The notes below the pieces were generated by a model that did not search any database, was not told the DNA's origin, and was given only the letters and a program-made list of their open reading frames with translations. The position numbers and the translations under genes were made by a program. A stretch of 45,002 bases of DNA from a virus. Below are positions 14,758 through 23,644 of the stretch, one piece after another. Location of the stretch: IMG/VR virus record IMGVR_UViG_3300045988_174610, positions 1 through 45,002 of that record. The stretch is one strand, 5' to 3'. Numbering within the stretch: the stretch's first letter is position 1; every line of letters starts with the position of its first letter.

Positions 14758-15115
14758 GAAGCTGATCGACAAGCTCAACTCGTTTGGCGGTTTCAGTTCC
14801 GTTCGCTTTGTGGTGCCGGAGAACCCGAAGGCGCATCAGCACGAGCTGGACTACCCACTGGCGGGCGACTGTCTGACGGTGGTGATCGAGAACAACGACG
14901 TGCTCCAGAGGGCAGACCTCGAGTTCTGCAAGAACCGAATCGTTTGGATCGATTGCGACGAAGTCAGACGCAGAAGAGCAAACGTGATCTTCGAGGAACT
15001 TCAGAGGTTCCAAAACCGGCCCCGGTTGATCTTTACCGATTTCCCAGACGGCCTTCAGGTCTTCAATCCGAAGACGCAAGGCCACAGAGACTTTTTCAAA
15101 GAGGCAGCAGCATGA
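14744..15115 (+). CDS. Hypothetical protein (possible helicase loader by position)
   Basis: GTG start 6 nt after GAGGAGG. Coupled (ATGA) to the helicase gene. No recognisable motif. Confidence 0.45.
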   Translation: MLPDKKLIDKLNSFGGFSSVRFVVPENPKAHQHELDYPLAGDCLTVVIENNDVLQRADLEFCKNRIVWIDCDEVRRRRANVIFEELQRFQNRPRLIFTDFPDGLQVFNPKTQGHRDFFKEAAA

Positions 15116-16023
15116 ATGAAATGCCCTACGACGAGCAAGCGCTCATAGACGAGTGGGAGACGCTACCCACGAATTTCATCTTTCGTACAGCCGACGAGTA
15201 CGAAGACGAGACGATGTGCATCTTCGAAGGCCTGCAGTCAGGCGTGCAGTGTCCATTCGCTCCGAACCTGTACTTCCGCGAAGGCGAAGTGACGCTTTGG
15301 GGTGGCATCAACGGACACGGCAAGAGCCTGCTTACAGGGCAGCTCGCCCTGCAACTCGCTGATGCCGGTGAGCGCGTGGCCATCATGTCCTTCGAAATGC
15401 TCCCAAAGTTCACATGGGCTCGCATGATCCGCCAGTGGCTCGGAGGTAAGACAAAGGATGTGACAGAGGTCCGCCGCTTCTATGCGCAGTACCGACAGAA
15501 GCTCTTCATCCTTGATCACGTCGGCGCCATTGATCCTCGCGCAGTGCTTGGTGCCGGCGTTGTAGCTTCTACTCAGTACAAGTGCAAGCACCTGCTGATC
15601 GACAACCTCGCCAAGATCGTTGCGGGCGAAGACGATCTCAATGCCCAAAAGAACACGGTGCAGATGATCTGCGATTTGGCGCATCGCATGAACGTCCATG
15701 TACACCTGATCCACCATGTTCGAAAGGGCAAATCCGAATCAGACGAGCTCGGCAAGTTTGACTTCAAAGGGTCTGGCGCAATCGGGGATCAGGTCGATAA
15801 CCAGGTGATCGTGCAGCGCAATCGTGACAAGGAAAAACGCCGGCAGGAAAACCTCCTCACGCGCGTCGAGGACGCAGACAGTCCCGACACATTTATCCGG
15901 GTATGCAAACAGCGTAACGGCGATTGGGAAGGAAGCCTCGGGTTGTGGTTCAACCGTAAGGCAACGGCTTTCTGCGTTGATTCAAACCGCATTACTCCGT
16001 GGGGTGGCCATGACTACGACTGA
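15112..16023 (+). CDS. DnaB-like replicative helicase (RecA-fold C-terminal domain only)
   Basis: Walker A GGINGHGKS, Walker B KHLLIDNL, later HLIHHVRKG and KQRNG motifs. ATG at 15112 overlaps the upstream stop. Confidence 0.75.
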   Translation: MNEMPYDEQALIDEWETLPTNFIFRTADEYEDETMCIFEGLQSGVQCPFAPNLYFREGEVTLWGGINGHGKSLLTGQLALQLADAGERVAIMSFEMLPKFTWARMIRQWLGGKTKDVTEVRRFYAQYRQKLFILDHVGAIDPRAVLGAGVVASTQYKCKHLLIDNLAKIVAGEDDLNAQKNTVQMICDLAHRMNVHVHLIHHVRKGKSESDELGKFDFKGSGAIGDQVDNQVIVQRNRDKEKRRQENLLTRVEDADSPDTFIRVCKQRNGDWEGSLGLWFNRKATAFCVDSNRITPWGGHDYD

Positions 16024-16276
16024 AATCTTTGAGAAGTTCTCGGCGATTGACGATGGGCACCGCCTGCTGCGTCTTTCATTCGAAGACCACATGCACGCAA
16101 TCGAGTCCGCAAAGATGGGAATCGTCGATTCCCTTCGCTGGATGGCCGAAAACAAGGCAGACATGATCGTGCGGCTTCAGCGATTCGAGGAAGTCGTCTT
16201 TCAAGCGCAGGCCGAAAAGGAAGCGCTGGCAATGATGGATGCCGCGCACATTCGACCGGCAGGGGAGGCGGCATGA
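16010..16276 (+). CDS. Hypothetical protein (88 aa)
   Basis: ATG at 16010 overlapping the helicase 3' end. The upstream part of the ORF-track frame is inside the helicase. Confidence 0.45.
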   Translation: MTTTEIFEKFSAIDDGHRLLRLSFEDHMHAIESAKMGIVDSLRWMAENKADMIVRLQRFEEVVFQAQAEKEALAMMDAAHIRPAGEAA

Positions 16277-16587
16277 TCAAGTGTTTTGAGATGACCGACG
16301 CCAAGCGCGAAGAGCTGAATAAATCGAACATCTATGGCTATGACCATTTGGCTTACACGTTGCTTCCGGAATACGTGGATAAGGCAAGGGCCAATGGCTG
16401 GCTAATCCATACGGAGATCCAAGAGGACTACTACGAGTGGATCAATGAGTTTTGCGCCATTCGTTTGTCTGATAAGGCTGCTGTCTGGGGCGATTTCGAG
16501 GACAAAGTTTTTGCCAGCTCGCAGGAAGCTTTTGACGAGTTTATGAAGCTTTTCCCTCCGGAAGTTTGGGATTACTGGGACATTTGA
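16273..16587 (+). CDS. Hypothetical acidic protein (104 aa)
   Basis: ATGA coupling to the upstream gene; uninterrupted ORF. Confidence 0.5.
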   Translation: MIKCFEMTDAKREELNKSNIYGYDHLAYTLLPEYVDKARANGWLIHTEIQEDYYEWINEFCAIRLSDKAAVWGDFEDKVFASSQEAFDEFMKLFPPEVWDYWDI

Positions 16588-16596
16588 GAGAGAGTC

Positions 16597-16794
16597 ATGA
16601 AAGGGATTGACAGAGAACAAGACGCATACAACGAGGGTAGGAGCGCGGCTATGCGCGGCGAGGCGCTCAACCAATACCAACCTAGCTACAAGCGTCGTCC
16701 CGAGCTCTGGACGCGTTTTCAGCTCGGTTATCTCGATGCTGTTCGAGACATGAGACGGGCCAAACTGCGGGAGCCGAAGAAAAATGTTCGCTGA
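16597..16794 (+). CDS. Hypothetical protein (65 aa)
   Basis: ATG preceded by GAGAG; uninterrupted ORF. Confidence 0.4.
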   Translation: MKGIDREQDAYNEGRSAAMRGEALNQYQPSYKRRPELWTRFQLGYLDAVRDMRRAKLREPKKNVR

Positions 16795-17158
16795 AGGTTA
16801 TGCCAAGGCCCGGCTCTACGCCAAGGGACGGCTCAAGTCCGGGCAGATGAATCGCACAGAAAAGGCCTACGCCAATTTCCTCGAAAGCGAGAAGCATGCC
16901 GGCAGGATCACGGCCTACTGGTTCGAAGCGCTCAAGCTGAAGATTGCTGAAGGGGCTTGCTTCTATACGCCTGACTTTCTCGTCCTGCGCCCGGACGGCA
17001 CGCTAGAGATCCACGAAGTCAAGGGCTCACCGGCCATATTCGCAGACGATGCAAAGGTGAAGGTCAAGGCTTGCGCGACTATGTATCCGTTCGCGGTCAA
17101 GATTGTTTTTCCTAAACCGAAAAAGTCTGGTGGAGGTTGGGATGTCTGGGAATACTGA
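16784..17158 (+). CDS. DUF1064-like PD-(D/E)xK nuclease (putative Holliday-junction resolvase)
   Basis: NRTEKAYANFLE...YTPDFLVL...LEIHEVKG matches the DUF1064 pattern (E..Y...L, YtPDF, E.KG). Confidence 0.6.
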   Translation: MFAEGYAKARLYAKGRLKSGQMNRTEKAYANFLESEKHAGRITAYWFEALKLKIAEGACFYTPDFLVLRPDGTLEIHEVKGSPAIFADDAKVKVKACATMYPFAVKIVFPKPKKSGGGWDVWEY

Positions 17159-17169
17159 GGATATTTTTG

Positions 17170-17586
17170 ATGGCCTCGGACAAGAAAAAATCGGAGTCGC
17201 AAAAGTGCTGCCCGCAGTGGTCGCAGCTCGACTTGTTTCCGCAGCTGCTGCAGCAAGAGCGTTGCCGGCTGAATCGCTTGAGAGAAAGCAAGAGATTGAA
17301 AAAGCGATCTACTTCGCGCGCACACAGTGTCCACAAGCCTTCCGTGACCGTGGAGAAAATCGTAGGAGTTAGCAGGCACGGAATCCGCTTGGGAGAGGAC
17401 AGCCCGCACGCTAAGTACACGGACGTCGAAATCGATGCGGTCTTCAACCTCTTTGACGAAGGTTACAGCTTCGCGGCGATTGCTCGAATGCTCGACATGC
17501 CCAAGTCAACAGCTTGGGCAATTGCGACCGGAAGAATGAGATCAACGGTGGTAGACAGATGGGTAAAGCGAAAATTGAAAATCTAA
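17170..17586 (+). CDS. Basic protein with C-terminal HTH (possible late-gene regulator or terminase accessory)
   Basis: GAGGA 9 nt before the ATG at 17170. C-terminus GEDSPHAKYTDVEIDAVFNLFDEGYSFAAIARMLDMPKSTAWAIATG is a resolvase/HTH_23-like helix-turn-helix. Third-codon positions are G/C-rich, like neighbouring genes. Competes with an overlapping ORF at 17142..17372. Confidence 0.45.
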   Translation: MASDKKKSESQKCCPQWSQLDLFPQLLQQERCRLNRLRESKRLKKRSTSRAHSVHKPSVTVEKIVGVSRHGIRLGEDSPHAKYTDVEIDAVFNLFDEGYSFAAIARMLDMPKSTAWAIATGRMRSTVVDRWVKRKLKI

Positions 17587-17897
17587 AACCTTTCGGCACT
17601 CGAACTGAGGAAGAAGAGAGGGAAATGCGTCGTAGAGGCGGCATTAGGTCCGGGCAAACTCGGGCACGAAACAAGTTGCTCAAGGACATCCTTGCAATGC
17701 TCCTCGCGAAGAAAACGCCAGATCAGGACATCACGAACGAGGAAGCGATTTGCCTTGCTCTGATTCAGCGCGCCATCGAGCAGGGCGACCCCAAAGCTTT
17801 CGAGACGATCCGCGACACGCTCGGCCAGAAGCCGACGGAAAACGTACGCAGCGAGATCGAGGGCGGCGTGGTCTTTGAGTGGGGTAGCAGCAAGTGA
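17559..17897 (+). CDS. terS: Terminase small subunit (putative)
   Basis: Directly upstream of and overlapping terL. Has an RRRGGIRSGQTRARNK motif like DUF5681-type small terminases. Confidence 0.5.
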   Translation: MGKAKIENLKPFGTRTEEEEREMRRRGGIRSGQTRARNKLLKDILAMLLAKKTPDQDITNEEAICLALIQRAIEQGDPKAFETIRDTLGQKPTENVRSEIEGGVVFEWGSSK

Positions 17898-19237
17898 AGA
17901 AGAAGGTTTTGATTCCGTACACGCCGCGCTATCCGCAGACCGAGATCCATCAGCAGCTCGAGGCGCATCGTTTCTCCGTTCTCGTTGCGCACCGACGCAT
18001 GGGCAAGACAGTGCTCGCAGTCAATCATCTGATCAAGCGCGCAATCTGCGACCACAAGGATCGTGGCTTTTATGCCTATATCGCACCTTTCCGAATTCAA
18101 GCAAAAGCGATTGCGTGGGCGTACTTGAAGCATTACACGGCGCCGATTCCCGACCTAAAGGTCAACGAAGGGGAGCTCTCGATCAGGCTGCCGAATGGCT
18201 CGACGATTCGAATTTTTGGTGCCGATAACCCCGATGCGCTCCGTGGCCTGTACTTTGACGGCGTAGTGATGGACGAAGTCGCCCAGATGAAGCCCGAGGT
18301 GTGGGGCGAGATCCTTCGTCCTGCGCTTGCCGACCGCAATGGCTGGGCCGTATTCATCGGCACGCCAAAGGGAGTCAACCTCTTTTCGCAGACATACGAC
18401 AAGGCGCTTGAACTTATGAGCAGAGGCGACGATGACTGGATCGCCATGCTTTACAGCGTTGACCAGACCAAGGTCATCCCCGAAAAGGAATTGGAATCGC
18501 TCAAGAACGAAATGTCAGAAAACGAATTCCGTCAGGAGTTCTTGTGCGATTTCAATGCAGCCGCAGACAACGCACTCATCCCCATTGACCTTGTGCGAGA
18601 AGCCGCAACCCGCCAGTACCGCGAGCATCAGTACGCTTCGGCTCCTCGAATCATGGGCGTGGACGTGGCCCGTTTTGGTTCTGACAGTTCCGTTATTTTC
18701 AAGCGCCAAGGACTTGTGGCTTTTGAGCCGATCATCATTCGCAAGTTTGACAATGTGGCCGTGGCGCAGCAGGTAGCCATGCAAATCGTTGACTTCAAGC
18801 CGGATGCGGTTTTCATTGATATTGGCGAAGGTGCCGGCGTTGTTGACACGCTGAGGGATCTCGGTTTTGTCATTAACGAAGTCGCCTTTGGTGGCGGCGC
18901 GAATGAGCCGGACAAGTTTGCAAACCGCCGCATCGAAATGTGGTGGAACATGGCCGAATGGCTACGCTCAGGCGGCGCAATTCCGCCGAACACGTTGCTT
19001 CAGGCCGACCTTTCGGCGCCAACCTATGGCTTCAACAACAAGGGCTTGAAGATCCTTGAGGCAAAGGACAAGATCAAAGAACGTCTGGGCAGATCAACTG
19101 ACCTCGCAGACGCTCTTGCGCTCACGTTTGCTTCTCCTGTCATGCCCAAGATCGACAGGCACTTTGCCAAGCAGATCTACGGCAATCAGGAACAGTACGA
19201 CCCAGATGCTGAGTTTGATCGGGCGTGGAGGCATTAA
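17894..19237 (+). CDS. terL: Terminase large subunit
   Basis: Walker A-like VAHRRMGKT, Walker B GVVMDEV, and a C-terminal RNaseH-like nuclease region (GVDVARFGSD...). Confidence 0.85.
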   Translation: MKKKVLIPYTPRYPQTEIHQQLEAHRFSVLVAHRRMGKTVLAVNHLIKRAICDHKDRGFYAYIAPFRIQAKAIAWAYLKHYTAPIPDLKVNEGELSIRLPNGSTIRIFGADNPDALRGLYFDGVVMDEVAQMKPEVWGEILRPALADRNGWAVFIGTPKGVNLFSQTYDKALELMSRGDDDWIAMLYSVDQTKVIPEKELESLKNEMSENEFRQEFLCDFNAAADNALIPIDLVREAATRQYREHQYASAPRIMGVDVARFGSDSSVIFKRQGLVAFEPIIIRKFDNVAVAQQVAMQIVDFKPDAVFIDIGEGAGVVDTLRDLGFVINEVAFGGGANEPDKFANRRIEMWWNMAEWLRSGGAIPPNTLLQADLSAPTYGFNNKGLKILEAKDKIKERLGRSTDLADALALTFASPVMPKIDRHFAKQIYGNQEQYDPDAEFDRAWRH

Positions 19238-19858
19238 TCAATCAGGGTCGAACTTGATTTTGCTCAGTTCCACAAGGTTGCATTTTGCAAACTCAGCGGG
19301 GATCAGCGGGTGGAGCCGGGCTCGATAATTGATTTTGGTAATGTTTTTGTATGCAGCATCGAGTGTCTTGTCGGCAACCAGGTTGAATTTCGCGTTGAGG
19401 TGCTCGCAGGTGGCTTCGAAAATCCCTGCTCCGAACTCTGCCAACTCTTTGGCCAACTGGCTTCTCTCCAACAAGAAATCCCTTGTCGAGGCATGGGCGC
19501 CCGCTTGTAAGCACACATACTGCTGAAAAACCAGGGTTTCGCAGAGGCAATATAGTACGTGTGGATCCCCACTACTGGCAGAAACGTTGAACATCAACCT
19601 TTTGAATGTGAGACCTTTCAGCGTGTCGTACATAACGCCCTTGAGAGTATCGAGTGTCTCGCCGCTTGAATTCGAGCCTATGTGTTTCAGGATCGTGCGA
19701 ATTGGCTCCAAAGCCGCCCACGACAACCTGCCTTCGACAATGAACTTACCATCCCTAAGCGCGAAGTAACTCTTCGACAAGTGGATCATTGTATCGCCGT
19801 CTTCGAGCATGTCTCTGCGTCCATAAACCCCGAATCCTCGCGGCAAAAATGCCTGCAT
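19238..19858 (-). CDS. Reverse-oriented hypothetical protein (moron) between terL and the GNAT gene
   Basis: The only minus-strand ORF in the late region that is not inside another gene. Its stop abuts the terL stop. Start is uncertain (ATG at 19858 or 19810). Confidence 0.45.
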   Translation of the reverse strand: MQAFLPRGFGVYGRRDMLEDGDTMIHLSKSYFALRDGKFIVEGRLSWAALEPIRTILKHIGSNSSGETLDTLKGVMYDTLKGLTFKRLMFNVSASSGDPHVLYCLCETLVFQQYVCLQAGAHASTRDFLLERSQLAKELAEFGAGIFEATCEHLNAKFNLVADKTLDAAYKNITKINYRARLHPLIPAEFAKCNLVELSKIKFDPD

Positions 19859-20312
19859 GAGATTCGAGACAGTTACTCCATTGGAATTTCTCAAGCGGTG
19901 CCGGCATTTGTTCGACCAGACCTATGCCGAGGCCGCCATTCTCGGGCAGGGCTTTGACCTTTCGGAAGAAGCGTACGCCCTCTACGAAGAGCATACGCCC
20001 TCGTTCGCGATCATCGCTTACGACGGCGACGATGTCGTCGGATACGTGTCGGTTTTTATGAACATTCATCAGCACACAAAAGTGCCGATGGCCACGAACG
20101 ACGTCATCTACGTGCTGCCGAAGTTTCGCGGCGGTGTCCTCGCGGGAAAGCTCTTTTTCCGTGCAGAACGGGAGGCACGAGCCCGCGGAGCCAAGGCTTT
20201 TCAGTGGATTGTTCCTGTCCGATCTCCTCTCTACAAAGCACTACTGGCCAGAACTCCAGTCGAGGAAAGGCCGTGGTGTCAGGTTGCTTTTTTGAGGAAC
20301 TTCCATGACTGA
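19857..20312 (+). CDS. GNAT-family N-acetyltransferase
   Basis: IYVLPKFRGGVLAGKLFFRAEREARARGA is the acetyl-CoA binding motif A (V.p..RG.G....L). Confidence 0.65.
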   Translation: MRFETVTPLEFLKRCRHLFDQTYAEAAILGQGFDLSEEAYALYEEHTPSFAIIAYDGDDVVGYVSVFMNIHQHTKVPMATNDVIYVLPKFRGGVLAGKLFFRAEREARARGAKAFQWIVPVRSPLYKALLARTPVEERPWCQVAFLRNFHD

Positions 20313-20388
20313 ACGGAGGCCGATAGACGCGGATCTTGCGCGTCGTCATCTTAAGAAGCGTCGCATCAACGGCACCAAGGAGTCCTAA

Positions 20389-20697
20389 ATGGGCGGTTTC
20401 GTATCTTCACTTGTTAATCCCTTTAAGGCTGTCAAAAAGGTTTTCGGCGGTAAGTCCAGTGCAGAAAAGCGCGCGGAGGAACAGCGAAAGCAGTACGAGG
20501 CGCAGGCTAAGCGTGACGAAGCAAATCGCTCGCAGTCTCAGCGCAAGGAACACGGAACCGATGCCGATATTTCCGACCTGCCCGGAATGGGCGGCGATGT
20601 CGAAGGCGGCATGGGCTTGGATACCGGACTCACAGGGCTCGGCGGCGTACCCGAAGAGGAACTTAAGCTTCACAAGCGCAAGCCTCTGGGAGGTTAA
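20389..20697 (+). CDS. Hypothetical Gly/charged-rich small virion-module protein
   Basis: AAGGAG-ATG; uninterrupted ORF upstream of the portal. Confidence 0.5.
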   Translation: MGGFVSSLVNPFKAVKKVFGGKSSAEKRAEEQRKQYEAQAKRDEANRSQSQRKEHGTDADISDLPGMGGDVEGGMGLDTGLTGLGGVPEEELKLHKRKPLGG

Positions 20698-20701
20698 TGC
20701 T

Positions 20702-21016
20702 ATGGGACAGACAATCGCGGGAGGAATCGTCGGCGGACTGACGGGCATTTTGAACTACTTCACGCAGCAGAAGTCGCTCAAGGCGCAGTCTGAACTCGCG
20801 GAACGCCAGTACCAGGCAAGCAAGCAGGCTTACGAGCTCGAACAGCAGGAGCGCAACAAGGTCAATGGCAAGACGCCAGACCTTGACGCATTGCTTGATG
20901 CAAACACGGGCTCGAGCCGTGCTCCCACTGATTTGACCGGCGGACGGGTTAAGCGCAACAAACTTTTCAACGCGGGCACAGGCACGCTCGGAGTGACCAA
21001 TGCCGGTCGATCTTAA
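20702..21016 (+). CDS. Hypothetical small protein with N-terminal glycine-zipper TM
   Basis: ATG at 20702 (MGQTIAGGIVGGLTGILNYF...). The upstream part of the ORF-track frame overlaps the previous gene. Confidence 0.45.
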   Translation: MGQTIAGGIVGGLTGILNYFTQQKSLKAQSELAERQYQASKQAYELEQQERNKVNGKTPDLDALLDANTGSSRAPTDLTGGRVKRNKLFNAGTGTLGVTNAGRS

Positions 21017-22649
21017 GCAGCTCAATCAGATCTTTGTCGGACTGAAAAAAGAACGGTCCGGTTGGGAAACCTTGTGGCGCGACATTCGCGACTACGAGGT
21101 TCCTGACCTTGGTTGTTTCGAGGGCGAAGCTCCGTGGGATGGCGGCAAGCGCTATCAGCGTCTGTACGATGCAGAAGCGGCAGAAGCCGCAGACATCATG
21201 GCCGCGGGATTGTTGTCCGGTCTGTCTTCACCTTCGCGTCCATGGCTTCGCTTAACCACGATGGATCCGGAACTCGATGCGCAGCCGGATGTGGAGCTTT
21301 GGCTTTCGGATCTGCAACAACGATTCCTGATGCGCTTTGCAAAGAGCGAGGTCTACAACTCTCTGCACCGCTCCTACCTTGAGCTCACAACTTTTGGGAC
21401 GGCGTGCTCGATCATCCAGGGACATCCTGACAATGTGATCGATATGCTGAACCTGTCGTGCGGCGAATATTGGCTCGGATCTGACCCGTATGGTCGCGTC
21501 GATACCTTGTTCCGTAAGTTCTCAATGACTGCGAAACAGATGGTTCAGCGCTTCGGTTATGACCGTGTGAGCAACGACGTTCGCTCTTGCATGCGCACGA
21601 ATCCCTTTGAGCGCAAAACCGTGATCCAGGCTATCGTGCCGCGGATTGAGCGTGACATCTTCAAACGCGACAAATTCAACAAGCCGTATGCAAGCGTTTA
21701 CTGGGAGGAAGGCCGCGATAGTGATCCTCCTCTCGAAGAGTCAGGCTTTGACGAATTTCCCGCTCTTTGTCCGCGTTGGCTTGTGACGGGCGGCTCTGTC
21801 TACGGACGTGGTCCGGGCGCCAAGGCGCTGTCTGCCAGCAAGAGCCTGCAGCGATTGCACAATCGCTTGGCGACAATGACGGATTACATCACTAATCCTC
21901 CCGTTCAGTTCCCGACAAAGCACCGCGCTTTCTTGGATATGTATCGTCCGGGCGGACGTATCCCTGTGGATCCCGGTGACAACGAAAGCATCCGCACAGC
22001 GTGGGAGGTTAAAGCTGATCCCGCATTGATCGACGCGCTGATCGAGCGCCGCCGGCAGGAGATTCAGCGATACTTCAAGGTCAACATCTTCCAGATGATT
22101 GAGGCCACGCAGGTAGCAGACCGCACGGCCACTGAGATCGAAGCACTCAACCAAGAAAAGATCATGGTCATGGGGCCGATCCTTGAGCGCCTGCACACAG
22201 AACTCCTGGATCCGCTTGTGAGCAACGCGTTTGCGTTGATGGTTGAAAAGAATCAGGTTCCGCCGGCACCGGAAGCGCTGCACGGAAAGCCTCTTAGCAT
22301 TGAGTACATCTCCGTGCTTGCTGAACAGCAGAAGGCATCGTCTGTGAACGGCATTCTCAACACGGTGCAGCAAATCGGGGTCATCGCCCAGCTGAAACCG
22401 GACGTGCTCGACAAGCTTGACGCGGACAAGGCAGTGGATCTTCTTGCCGACATGAACAACGTCCCGCCTTCGATGATTGTCAGCGGTCAGCAGATTGCGC
22501 TGATCCGCCAGCAACGCGCCGAAGATCAGGCCGCCATGCAGCAGCAGGCCATGGCAGCACAGAGCGCAACAACCCTTAAGGATCTCGGACAGGCGGCAGA
22601 TTCCGCCGGCTTGCGAGAGATCGATAACGGACAGGACATCACCGTATGA
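21000..22649 (+). CDS. Portal protein (podovirus head-to-tail connector type)
   Basis: 549 aa, positioned between terL and the scaffold/capsid genes. The N-terminal region resembles T7 gp8-type connectors. Confidence 0.75.
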   Translation: MPVDLKQLNQIFVGLKKERSGWETLWRDIRDYEVPDLGCFEGEAPWDGGKRYQRLYDAEAAEAADIMAAGLLSGLSSPSRPWLRLTTMDPELDAQPDVELWLSDLQQRFLMRFAKSEVYNSLHRSYLELTTFGTACSIIQGHPDNVIDMLNLSCGEYWLGSDPYGRVDTLFRKFSMTAKQMVQRFGYDRVSNDVRSCMRTNPFERKTVIQAIVPRIERDIFKRDKFNKPYASVYWEEGRDSDPPLEESGFDEFPALCPRWLVTGGSVYGRGPGAKALSASKSLQRLHNRLATMTDYITNPPVQFPTKHRAFLDMYRPGGRIPVDPGDNESIRTAWEVKADPALIDALIERRRQEIQRYFKVNIFQMIEATQVADRTATEIEALNQEKIMVMGPILERLHTELLDPLVSNAFALMVEKNQVPPAPEALHGKPLSIEYISVLAEQQKASSVNGILNTVQQIGVIAQLKPDVLDKLDADKAVDLLADMNNVPPSMIVSGQQIALIRQQRAEDQAAMQQQAMAAQSATTLKDLGQAADSAGLREIDNGQDITV

Positions 22650-22978
22650 AGCCTTCCGTCCATAAACCCGAAGGCTTCGATGAAACACTTTCTGCAAACG
22701 TAGGCATCTACGACGAAATTGCGGAGGCAGAAGAGCGTGATCGAGAACGAGAGCTTGAAGCAAAGCGCATCGACAACGCTCTGGTGACCATCGCAAAAAC
22801 AGAGTCGGGTAAGACAGTTATCAACTGGATTCTTGAGCTCTGCGGCGTGGATGAATCCTGCACCTCGACCGACGGCATGACCATGATGGCCATGTCTGCG
22901 CGCCGGGACATTGGACTGCAGATTAAAGCTCGCATAAAAGCCGCAAAGCTTTCCGAGCACTTTGAGGACCACGAATGA
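22646..22978 (+). CDS. Hypothetical protein (110 aa)
   Basis: ATGA coupling on both sides. Confidence 0.5.
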   Translation: MKPSVHKPEGFDETLSANVGIYDEIAEAEERDRERELEAKRIDNALVTIAKTESGKTVINWILELCGVDESCTSTDGMTMMAMSARRDIGLQIKARIKAAKLSEHFEDHE

Positions 22979-23637
22979 CCGAAGCAGTAGATACGGGCAC
23001 TCCCGCTGCAAGCGAACCGACGCCGGCAGCAGCTGATGTTAATCCGGCATCGCAGGATGCGAATCCTGTGGACACACCTCCGAGCATGGGCGATCCTGCT
23101 TCGGCTGAACAGACCACGCAGGTTGCCACGGAAGACAAGCAGCCTGAGCAGGCCAATGAGTGGCTCGGTGCTCCCGAAAAGGGCTACAGCGATCAGGGCT
23201 TTGAATTGCCTGAGGGCTACGAGGTTGACGAGACAACCGCCGAAGGTTTGGCCGGCGTATGCAAGGATCTTGGATTAAGCCAGAAGGCCTTTGCCACGAT
23301 CATCAACCGTATGACTCCCGTGCTTGAAGAGGCTCAGAACAAGCAAATTCAGGCGCTCAAGCAGGAAAACCTCAAGGCATTCGTGGCCGACAAAGAGCTC
23401 GGCGGCGTGCGGGCCAAGCAGACGATTGCGCAGGCCAAGCTTGCCTACGAAAAGTACTGCCCGGCTGAATGCCGTGAAGTGCTCAACCGACTTGGGCTCG
23501 ATGCTCATCCGGGCATGATCCGGATGTTCTATCAGCTCTCGCAGATGCTCTCGGACGACATCTCTCCTCGCTCGAGCGGCGCATCAGGCAACGGGTACGA
23601 CCTTGCCAAATTCTTCAACAACTCCAAGATGAACTGA
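22975..23637 (+). CDS. Scaffolding protein
   Basis: Acidic Pro/Ala-rich N-terminus followed by a helical region. Located directly upstream of the capsid gene. Confidence 0.65.
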   Translation: MTEAVDTGTPAASEPTPAAADVNPASQDANPVDTPPSMGDPASAEQTTQVATEDKQPEQANEWLGAPEKGYSDQGFELPEGYEVDETTAEGLAGVCKDLGLSQKAFATIINRMTPVLEEAQNKQIQALKQENLKAFVADKELGGVRAKQTIAQAKLAYEKYCPAECREVLNRLGLDAHPGMIRMFYQLSQMLSDDISPRSSGASGNGYDLAKFFNNSKMN

Positions 23638-23644
23638 GGTAAAT

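Noticed and set aside
14944-15111. Upstream extension of the helicase ORF
   Set aside because: It overlaps the preceding gene in another frame. The ATG at 15112 overlaps that gene's stop (ATGA coupling) and precedes the conserved helicase domain.
17142-17372. 76-aa ORF overlapping the HTH-protein gene
   Set aside because: Not annotated as a feature because third-codon composition favours the other frame. It is kept as an open question in the findings.
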